IMG/VR virus record: IMGVR_UViG_3300029576_000011
DNA: 43,214 bases
Reading direction: 5' to 3' (one strand)
From: a virus
Position 1 is the first letter of the stretch, and every line of letters begins with the position of its first letter. The notes beneath the pieces were generated by a model. The model saw only the letters and a list, made by a program, of their open reading frames with translations. It was not told where the DNA came from and searched no databases. This document shows, piece by piece, positions 35,875 through 42,020 of the stretch. Made by a program: the position numbers and the translations under genes.

Positions 35875-36088
35875 GCATAACTGGGTCAAATGCAGTAACG
35901 AACGTGAACCGGACCCATGTAAAAGGAAAGATACTTCCCTGGCGAAAGCCTGAAACTGCCCGCTGATGATCCCGCGCGGACGCTGCTTGCATGGCGGGGG
36001 TATTGTGCTAACCCCGTTTCATGCGCTGGATCGAAGCAGTTTAGACGCACACCAACACCACAACTGTACGGAGGGCGAATACTTTTCT

Positions 36089-37137
36089 ATGACAAGCGAA
36101 CAGCGCCGCGAGGCGCGTTACAGACGCCGCCAGACAAGGCGGCAGGCAAAGCGAAAGGCCCGCAGCGACGCCCTGGGGCCGATTGAGGAAGTTTTCAGTT
36201 ACCGCGCCATGTTTTTCTATGGCCGGAAATGCTGCAACGGCGTGAGGTGGAAAGCCAGCACACAGCGGTTTGAAATGCACCTGTTTTCCGGCACCGCCAA
36301 GCGCCGGCGCAAGATCCTGAATGGAACATGGAAGCCAGGCAAAACCGCCCATTTCACCCTGAAAGAACGGGGCAAGGTTCGACCAATAGACGCGCCGCAC
36401 ATTGAGGATCGGCAGGTTTATGCGGCGGCCTGCATTTCCATTACAGACGCCTGGCCAAGCACCTGCGGGACCATTACCGCAAGCATGGCCTGGAGGGTGC
36501 CCTGTTCCTGATGGATTTTCACCACTTTTTCCCGGACGCGCCCCACGCGCTGCTGTATGAGCGGCACCGGGGCATGATCCTAAACCCGGACCTGCGGCAG
36601 TTGGCCGATCTGGTGGTGGCAGCTGTGCCGGGCGGCGTGGGTATGCCGCTGGGCGTGGAGCCAAGCCAGCAGGAAATGGTGGCGCTGCCGTCCTCCCTGG
36701 ACAACCGGATCAAAGCCCAGCTTTCGATCCATGGCGCTGCCCATTACATGGACGACTATTACACCATTCTGCCGTCGAAGCAGGCGGCGGAGGTGACCGC
36801 GGCGGACGTGATCGGCCACGCGGAGGCCATGGGCCTGCAGGTCAACGCCGGAAAGTCAAAAGTGGTTCCGTTCTCCAGACCGTTCCGGTTCTGCAAAGCA
36901 AAGTTTCAGGTGACGGACACCGGCGCCGTGAAGATCCACGGCTGCCGGGACGGCATGAAGCGGGCACGGCGGAAACTGCGGCTTTTCCAGGCGCGTGTGG
37001 CCAGCGGTGAAATGACGGTGGAGCAGGTGGCCCAATGGCTGCAAACACCGATTTCCTATTATGAAAACTTCAACGATCACGGCAGGGTGCTGAAACTGCG
37101 GCGGCTATTTTATGCGATTTTCAAAACGGAGGTGTAA
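36089..37137 (+). pseudogene. DGR-type reverse transcriptase with an interrupted reading frame
   Basis: Frame A (36089-36511) carries GKVRPIDAPHIEDRQVY (RT motif 1) and then runs into a stop. Frame B (open from 36406 to 37137) carries LHFHYRRLAKHL, LMDFHHFFPDAPH (motif 3), GMPLGVEPSQQ ([ILV]GxxxSQ motif 4) and HYMDDYY (YxDD). Confidence 0.75.
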
Positions 37138-37140
37138 ACC

Positions 37141-37752
37141 ATGTTCAAGATCACAAAAGACGGGGCGACCGTGGCCATGACCGAGGCCCCCAACTACATC
37201 AAGCAGGCGGAAAACGGCTGTTTCGTGCTGTGCCCGGAGGCGGAGGCCACGGGGATCGCGCACAACGGCACCGTTTACCACCTCCTGGGACGCCCTGACA
37301 TGGCAGGGGCAGAAATCACGGTCATGCTGGAAGAAACGGACGCGGGAGTGGAGATCGCCAAGGCGGCAGACGCTACGGGGATCGTGTTCGTCACAATGGC
37401 GGAGGCCGGAAGCGTGGACGCCACAACGGCGGCGGAACACGCGGATCTTTTCGCGCCGTGGGCGGTGCCGGTGGCCTATACCGTGGGCCAGATCCGCAGA
37501 TATACGGACGGGAAGCTATATAAATGCGTTCAGGCCCATACGTCACAAGCGGACTGGACGCCGGACAAAACCGCAAGCCTTTGGACGCCGGTTTCCGATC
37601 CGGCGGAGGAATGGCCGGAATGGTCCCAGCCGGTTGGCGCACATGACGCATACAGCAAGGACGCCAAGGTGTCGCACAATGGCAAGCATTGGACCAGCAC
37701 TGTGGACAGCAACGTGTGGGAGCCTGGCGTGTACGGGTGGACGGAGGTGTAA
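37141..37752 (+). CDS. carbohydrate-binding protein with two CBM5/12-like (chitin-binding type 3) repeats
   Basis: C-terminal YKCVQAHTSQADWTPDKTASLWTPV and VSHNGKHWTSTVDSNVWEPGVYGWTEV match the aromatic pattern of CBM5/12. Confidence 0.55.
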   Translation: MFKITKDGATVAMTEAPNYIKQAENGCFVLCPEAEATGIAHNGTVYHLLGRPDMAGAEITVMLEETDAGVEIAKAADATGIVFVTMAEAGSVDATTAAEHADLFAPWAVPVAYTVGQIRRYTDGKLYKCVQAHTSQADWTPDKTASLWTPVSDPAEEWPEWSQPVGAHDAYSKDAKVSHNGKHWTSTVDSNVWEPGVYGWTEV

Positions 37753-37755
37753 GCC

Positions 37756-38157
37756 GTGGGCGCTGCCTACATCGTAAGAAAAAGAGCGCGGTTTGTGAGT
37801 ATCAACGGCCCCGTAAACCTCCGGTACGGTACGCCTGTGGACGCTGTGGACGGGTTTCTGGTACATAATGGCCGCCCATTGTGCGCGGTCACCAGCGAGA
37901 GCGCACACCGCTATTTTGCACGAAATGACGACGGAAACGGGAAAGCCCGCGGCGCCCTGATCGGCGCCATCACGGCCAAGCTGGAGCGGAAAGACGCCGG
38001 CCATCAAATGCGCTGGGATCTCCTGTGGAGCGACCCGGAGGCGCAGAAATTACGCCACCCGGATCATGCGGATTATTGGCTGTGGGGACACGCCTTTTTT
38101 GAGGCGGACATGGCAGACCTGGAACACGTCGCCGGGCTGATCGGTGCGAGGAGGTGA
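37756..38157 (+). CDS. hypothetical protein (133 aa)
   Basis: GTG start just after the upstream stop; no motif recognised. Confidence 0.45.
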   Translation: MGAAYIVRKRARFVSINGPVNLRYGTPVDAVDGFLVHNGRPLCAVTSESAHRYFARNDDGNGKARGALIGAITAKLERKDAGHQMRWDLLWSDPEAQKLRHPDHADYWLWGHAFFEADMADLEHVAGLIGARR

Positions 38158-38164
38158 CGCTGCC

Positions 38165-38344
38165 ATGGATTATATGAAGCTGGTGGCGGACCTCTGCCAG
38201 ATCATTGACCGCCAGAACGAAATCACCAAGGCCATGGCGGTGCAGCTGGGACAGCGCGACGCCCTCCGGTATGAGGAGGAAATGGCGGCGGTTCGGCGGG
38301 ACTACGATACCGCCATGGGGGAGGTGGATCCGTGCAAAAACTAA
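38165..38344 (+). CDS. hypothetical small protein (59 aa)
   Basis: ATG 38165 follows GGAGG; helical, coiled-coil-like. Confidence 0.4.
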   Translation: MDYMKLVADLCQIIDRQNEITKAMAVQLGQRDALRYEEEMAAVRRDYDTAMGEVDPCKN

Positions 38345-38784
38345 TTGAAACGCTGTCCACCGTGAGCGTAGGCCAGGCGCTGACTGGCGGCGTCACCGTG
38401 GTGGCGCTGGTGTCCGTGTTTATCGAAATTACCCCGGTGAAGATCAACCCCGTTTCCAAGTTTCTGGCCTGGCTGGGGCGGAAGATCAACAGCGAAGTGA
38501 TCGCCAAGGTGGACAGGCTGGAAACCGAGGTGCAGGCCATGAGGAAAGCGGACGGAGAGCAGGAGGCCATAAACTGCCGTTACCGGATCCTGCGGTTCGG
38601 GGACGAAGTAAAACACGGCACCCGGCACAGTCAGGAACATTTTGAGCAGATCCTGGCCGATATTGACGCCTACGAAATCTATTGCAAGGATCACAAGGAT
38701 TTCAAGAACAACAAAACCAAAGTGACCACGGAGCGGATCCTGGACGTTTACCGCAAGTGCGTGGAAACGGACGATTTTTTGTAA
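38332..38784 (+). CDS. membrane-anchored protein (150 aa), lysis-cassette associated
   Basis: N-terminal TM helix (LTGGVTVVALVSVFIEI) followed by a coiled coil. Confidence 0.5.
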   Translation: MQKLIETLSTVSVGQALTGGVTVVALVSVFIEITPVKINPVSKFLAWLGRKINSEVIAKVDRLETEVQAMRKADGEQEAINCRYRILRFGDEVKHGTRHSQEHFEQILADIDAYEIYCKDHKDFKNNKTKVTTERILDVYRKCVETDDFL

Positions 38785-38796
38785 TGGGAGGAAGCC

Positions 38797-39210
38797 GTGA
38801 AAATCTTTATTGTGGCCGCGGCGGCGTGGGCTGCCGGTGCCCTCCTGGGTTATTTCGTGGCCAGGCTGGCGTATAAGCACCTGCGGAAGCGTCTGCGGAC
38901 GCTGCGGCAGGAACGGAAGCCGCCTAAAAAGAAAATGGGCACCATGGACAGGATCCTGGTTCTGGAAGCGGTTTTCCTGGTGGCGTACACGGTGGCCGAT
39001 CTGGTGGTTTTCTGGCACACCGGATCAGAGCCTGCAACCCTGACCGGCTGCGTGTTCGGCGTGTGCGGCCTGGAAAACGGCGTCATGGGCTGGATCAAGA
39101 CCAACAAGGACAAGGCGGCGGAGGCCGTCGGAACGAGCGGGAGCGGCACCCAGCCGCCCCCGGAGGAACCGCCCGCGGGCACCGGCGAACCACCGGACGC
39201 GGGCCTGTGA
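38797..39210 (+). CDS. membrane protein, holin-like (3 predicted TM segments)
   Basis: IFIVAAAAWAAGALLGYFVA; ILVLEAVFLVAYTVADLVVFW; LTGCVFGVCGL; immediately upstream of the endolysin gene. Confidence 0.5.
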   Translation: MKIFIVAAAAWAAGALLGYFVARLAYKHLRKRLRTLRQERKPPKKKMGTMDRILVLEAVFLVAYTVADLVVFWHTGSEPATLTGCVFGVCGLENGVMGWIKTNKDKAAEAVGTSGSGTQPPPEEPPAGTGEPPDAGL

Positions 39211-39226
39211 GGAGGTATAAACAAAC

Positions 39227-40099
39227 ATGACCGGAAACGAACTGCGCCGAAAGGTGGCGGACATTATCAACGCATGGAATGGAGCAACCAGAGGCAGCGC
39301 CAAGCACCTGGAGATCCTGAACATCTACAACAACCACAAGCCGCTGGCAAGAGGTTACCGCGTACAGGTGGGTGACGCCCATTGTGCCACCACGGCCTCC
39401 GCGGCGTACATCAAGGCAGGGATCGCGGAGTACACCGGGACGGAGTGCGGCGTGGGAAAGTACGTCGAGATCGCCAAGAAAAAAGGGATCTGGACGGAGA
39501 CCGACGCATACACCCCCAAGGTGGGCGACGCCTGCGTGTACGACTGGCAGGACGGGGCCAACTACGCCACCACCGACAACACCGGCGCACCGGATCACAT
39601 TGGCATTGTCACCAAGGTGGGCGGCGGCACCTTTGTGGTCACAGAGGGAAACATGAACGGCGGCAAGGTGGGCAAGCGCACCATGAAAGTGAACGGGCGG
39701 TATATCCGCGGTTTCATTACCCCGGACTTTGACATGATCGCCCGGAAACTGGGCGGCACGTCCGGCGGGACGGCGGACAAGCCAACGAAACCGACGACCC
39801 AGGCGGCGGGTACATACACCGTAAAGAGCGGCGACACCCTTTCCCGTATCGCCGCAAAGTACGGCACCACCGTGGCCAAACTGGTGGAGATCAACGGCAT
39901 TAAAAACCCGAACCTGATCCGTGTGGGCCAGGTCCTCCGCCTGCCCGGCGGAGCCGTCAAGTACACCGTTGTGGCCGGGGACACCCTTTCCCGTATCGCC
40001 GCGAAGTACGGCACCACTGTGGCCAAGCTGGCAGCAGACAACGGGATCAAAAATCCGAACCTGATCCATGTGGGCCAGGTTATCACCATCAACAAATAA
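39227..40099 (+). CDS. endolysin: CHAP/NlpC-P60-type peptidase domain plus two LysM repeats
   Basis: Cys ([13 protein letters not shown]) and His ([10 protein letters not shown]...VTEGNMNG) motifs; two C-terminal copies of [21 protein letters not shown]...[13 protein letters not shown]. Confidence 0.85.
   Translation: MTGNELRRKVADIINAWNGATRGSAKHLEILNIYNNHKPLARGYRVQVGDAHCATTASAAYIKAGIAEYTGTECGVGKYVEIAKKKGIWTETDAYTPKVGDACVYDWQDGANYATTDNTGAPDHIGIVTKVGGGTFVVTEGNMNGGKVGKRTMKVNGRYIRGFITPDFDMIARKLGGTSGGTADKPTKPTTQAAGTYTVKSGDTLSRIAAKYGTTVAKLVEINGIKNPNLIRVGQVLRLPGGAVKYTVVAGDTLSRIAAKYGTTVAKLAADNGIKNPNLIHVGQVITINK
39815..40090 (+). repeat. two tandem LysM-coding repeats (147-bp period)
   Basis: 39815-39946 and 39962-40090 share long identical runs (GACACCCTTTCCCGTATCGCCGC.AAGTACGGCACCAC.GTGGCCAA). 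Confidence 0.8.
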
Positions 40100-40118
40100 T
40101 TTTGCCGGAGGTGCTGGA

Positions 40119-40289
40119 ATGGTTATTATCAAGGCGCTGGCCTGGGTGCTTTCCCTGGCCGCTGTGGTCACCTGGCTGGTGGCCCTGGTACGCTGGGACG
40201 GTTCGATCCCCTGTGATCGGAGCCAATGCGAAAGCTGCCCATTTCCGCGGTGCCACGAAAATGGCCAGGACAGCACCGGGCAGGAATGA
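40119..40289 (+). CDS. small membrane protein (56 aa) with Cys-rich tail
   Basis: ATG 40119 lies 7 nt after GGAGG; TM ALAWVLSLAAVVTWLVALV, then CDRSQCESCPFPRC. Confidence 0.4.
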   Translation: MVIIKALAWVLSLAAVVTWLVALVRWDGSIPCDRSQCESCPFPRCHENGQDSTGQE

Positions 40290-40298
40290 GAGGTAAAA

Positions 40299-40709
40299 AT
40301 GGAACAGACTATTATCCGCCTGGCCATTGGCCTGGTTCTTCTGGTGGCTGTCAACGTCGTGCTGGGCAGCCTGAACGCCCTTTTTGACGGGACTTTCGAC
40401 CGTATCAAATGCCGGAACGGTGTCATTAAGGGGATCATTATTGCCGCCTGTTTCGTCGCTTTCTATGTAGCGGGACGCCTGAACCCCGATATTGTGGCAA
40501 TCGACATTGACGGCGAAACGGTCAACGTGGCAACAGCCGCCAACCTGGCCATGGTGACGGCCTATGTGCTGTATGCGAAAGACGTTTTTTCCAAGCTGTC
40601 CAAGCTGGTTTTGAGCAAAACGAGCGGGACGCCGGAGCAGACCGGCGGAACCACGCCGCCCGCATTGGAGGAACCGGCGGACGCGGCGGAGGCCACCGCA
40701 GCAGAATAA
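40299..40709 (+). CDS. holin (3 TM, phage holin-like)
   Basis: 136 aa with three hydrophobic helices and a charged C-terminal tail; adjacent to the endolysin gene. Confidence 0.6.
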   Translation: MEQTIIRLAIGLVLLVAVNVVLGSLNALFDGTFDRIKCRNGVIKGIIIAACFVAFYVAGRLNPDIVAIDIDGETVNVATAANLAMVTAYVLYAKDVFSKLSKLVLSKTSGTPEQTGGTTPPALEEPADAAEATAAE

Positions 40710-40713
40710 AAAA

Positions 40714-40750
40714 GGAACCCCGGCGCCGCCCTGGCGTCGGGGTTCTTCTG
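40714..40750. terminator. bidirectional terminator between the holin gene and the leftward small-ORF operon
   Basis: GGAACCCCGGCGCC / GGCGTCGGGGTTC stem with one G-T wobble. AAAAAA lies upstream, giving a U-tract for the minus-strand transcript; TTCTG lies downstream. Confidence 0.65.
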
Positions 40751-40754
40751 CGGG

Positions 40755-40907
40755 TCACCTGCTGGCAGGCATGGCCCGCATGACTGTTTTTCTGCTGTAT
40801 TCATCGGTGAGGACTAACACCACACCGCGCCGCCCGTCAGCCAGCGGGACCGTGACCGCCTCCAGCGTAACCGCCGGGGAAACTTTCGCTTGCTTTTCCA
40901 TTCTCAT
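40755..40907 (-). CDS. small protein (48-50 aa), last gene of the leftward operon
   Basis: M(RM)EKQAKVSPAVTLEAVTVPLADGRRGVVLVLTDEYSRKTVMRAMPASR; ATGA overlap with the stop of the 29-aa ORF; below the ORF-track cutoff. Confidence 0.35.
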   Translation of the reverse strand: MRMEKQAKVSPAVTLEAVTVPLADGRRGVVLVLTDEYSRKTVMRAMPASR

Positions 40908-40993
40908 TTCCTCCCGTTGAATAGTTTACGGAACAGCCGTCGGAGCGGGACAAAAACCGCCACAAACACGGCCAGCAGGATCAAGTATTTCAT
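40904..40993 (-). CDS. 29-aa hydrophobic peptide with basic C-terminus
   Basis: MKYLILLAVFVAVFVPLRRLFRKLFNGRK; GGGAGGG 7 nt upstream of the ATG at 40993; below the ORF-track cutoff. Confidence 0.35.
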   Translation of the reverse strand: MKYLILLAVFVAVFVPLRRLFRKLFNGRK

Positions 40994-41008
40994 GGTAAAC
41001 CCTCCCTA

Positions 41009-41037
41009 TTGACATTTTGATGGATTTCTTTTATATT
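41009..41037 (+). promoter_or_regulatory. near-consensus sigma-70-type promoter pointing rightwards into minus-strand genes
   Basis: TTGACA (41009-41014), 17-nt spacer, TATATT (41032-41037). Confidence 0.6.
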
Positions 41038-41038
41038 T

Positions 41039-41068
41039 GGGGTGCGGAGGTTCGGGCCTCCGCACCCC
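41039..41068. other. 12-bp perfect GC-rich hairpin
   Basis: GGGGTGCGGAGG-TTCGGG-CCTCCGCACCCC; no U-tract follows it on either strand. Confidence 0.7.
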
Positions 41069-41198
41069 TGGCCTTTACCAGTTCAGCAGTTTTTGAACCG
41101 CCAGAACGATAAGGCCGGAGATTGTGCCTGCCAGAATGTCAGCTGCTAACTGTTTTCTGGCCTGCGCCGTCGGTCTACGCCGACGGCGTTTTTTCTTT
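41044..41198 (+). ncRNA. candidate ~155-nt cis-antisense RNA covering the 42-aa peptide ORF
   Basis: Bounded by the promoter at 41009-41037 and the + strand terminator at 41165-41198; no + strand ORF. Confidence 0.4.
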
Positions 41199-41203
41199 GC
41201 CAT
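41075..41203 (-). CDS. 42-aa peptide: polybasic N-terminus plus C-terminal TM helix
   Basis: MAKKKRRRRRPTAQARKQLAADILAGTISGLIVLAVQKLLNW; AAGGGGGTGG RBS; TATAAT promoter upstream. Confidence 0.45.
   Translation of the reverse strand: MAKKKRRRRRPTAQARKQLAADILAGTISGLIVLAVQKLLNW
41165..41198 (+). terminator. Rho-independent terminator on the + strand, inside the 5' end of the minus-strand peptide ORF
   Basis: CGCCGTCGG (41165-41173) / CCGACGGCG (41180-41188), 6-nt loop, followed by TTTTTTCTTT. Confidence 0.6.
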
Positions 41204-41224
41204 ATCAACCACCCCCTTTCTGAT

Positions 41225-41313
41225 TATTATATACTTGCGTAAGGCAAAAAGCAAGATGGAATACTGCACAAATATACTTGCGTGAGTTTGTATATATTAT
41301 ATACTTGCGTAAG
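41225..41313. promoter_or_regulatory. three direct operator-like repeats ATATACTTGCGT(A/G)AG
   Basis: Identical 19-mers TATTATATACTTGCGTAAG at 41225-41243 and 41295-41313 (70 bp apart), plus a 14/15 copy at 41272-41286. Confidence 0.6.
41226..41254 (-). promoter_or_regulatory. leftward promoter of the regulatory region
   Basis: On the minus strand: TTGCTT (41254-41249), 17-nt spacer, TATAAT (41231-41226); overlaps operator repeat 1. Confidence 0.5.
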
Positions 41314-41333
41314 TTGAAATAATCTGATACAAT
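41305..41333 (+). promoter_or_regulatory. rightward promoter of the regulatory region
   Basis: TTGCGT (41305-41310, inside repeat 3), 17-nt spacer, TACAAT (41328-41333); AAAGGAGG RBS follows. Confidence 0.5.
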
Positions 41334-41354
41334 ACAGAAAAAGGAGGCGATCCC

Positions 41355-41552
41355 ATGGAAAAGAAAACAGGGACGGCGGCGACCAAGGCAAAGAACAAGT
41401 ATAACGCCGCGAATTATGAGCGTCTTTACCCGTTTGTGAAGAAAGGGAAAAAAGAGAGATACCAGAAAGCGGCGGAAGCTGCTGGGTTCAGCCTTAACGA
41501 GTTCATGGAAAAGGCTATGGACAGCCTGGCGGCGGAGATCCTGGGAGAATAA
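41355..41552 (+). CDS. ribbon-helix-helix (Arc/CopG-like) DNA-binding protein
   Basis: 65 aa; KYNAANYERLYPFVKKGKKERYQKAAEAAGFSLNEFMEKAM fits a beta-strand, helix, helix RHH pattern. Confidence 0.55.
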   Translation: MEKKTGTAATKAKNKYNAANYERLYPFVKKGKKERYQKAAEAAGFSLNEFMEKAMDSLAAEILGE

Positions 41553-41561
41553 AAAGCATAA

Positions 41562-41600
41562 GCCCCCGACGCACACAGCGCCGGGGGCGTTTCGGCGTTT
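41562..41600 (+). terminator. weak terminator-like hairpin
   Basis: GCCCCCG / CGGGGGC 7-bp stem with a 13-nt loop, followed by GTTTCGGCGTTT. Confidence 0.35.
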
Positions 41601-41627
41601 GCCCTCCAGAGTGTTCAATATTTTTCG

Positions 41628-41670
41628 GTGCTGATTATTAACACGGGTTCGTGGAAACCTATGTGTTAAT
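41628..41670. promoter_or_regulatory. operator-like elements upstream of the XRE regulator gene
   Basis: GTGCTGATTATTAACAC (41628-41644) matches the moron operators at 16/17 positions. ATTAACAC (41637-41644) and GTGTTAAT (41663-41670) form an 8-bp inverted repeat. An extended -10, TGTTAATAT, lies at 41664-41672. Confidence 0.5.
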
Positions 41671-41715
41671 ATCAAGAAAACTGCTGAACATTACCACGCG
41701 CCTGGAGGGCTGCCC

Positions 41716-41958
41716 ATGAAAGCGTATGATTTCCACGGGAAAAGAAATATATGCGGTGACCGGATCCGGGAGGCCCGCCTGCGGGCGCGGCTGTCACAGT
41801 CTGATCTCTGCCGGCGTCTGCAACTGGCTGGTGTCATTGTGGAGCGGGACGTGATAAGCAGGATCGAAAACGGCGGCAGGTTTGTGGCTGACTTTGAGGT
41901 GGTGGTGATCGCGGACGTTCTGGAGGTTTCCGTGGACTGGCTGCTGGGCAAAGAATAG
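41716..41958 (+). CDS. XRE-family (Cro/CI-type) HTH transcriptional regulator
   Basis: IREARLRARLSQSDLCRRLQLAGVIVERDVISRIENG is a classic HTH_3 pattern; 80 aa. Confidence 0.8.
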   Translation: MKAYDFHGKRNICGDRIREARLRARLSQSDLCRRLQLAGVIVERDVISRIENGGRFVADFEVVVIADVLEVSVDWLLGKE

Positions 41959-42002
41959 GACGGCGTGGAGTGCTGTATGCACCGCGCCGTCCATATTTTT
42001 TT
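41958..42002 (+). terminator. Rho-independent terminator after the XRE gene
   Basis: GGACGGCGTGG / CCGCGCCGTCC stem (one G-T pair), 13-nt loop, followed by ATATTTTTTT. Confidence 0.65.
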
Positions 42003-42020
42003 GAAAGTGAGGGCACGGGC

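Larger units (their letters stand above)
35010..37137 (+). mobile_element. Diversity-generating retroelement cassette (VR - avd - TR - RT)
   Basis: Component order and orientation match the Bordetella phage BPP-1 mtd-avd-TR-brt layout. Confidence 0.85.
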
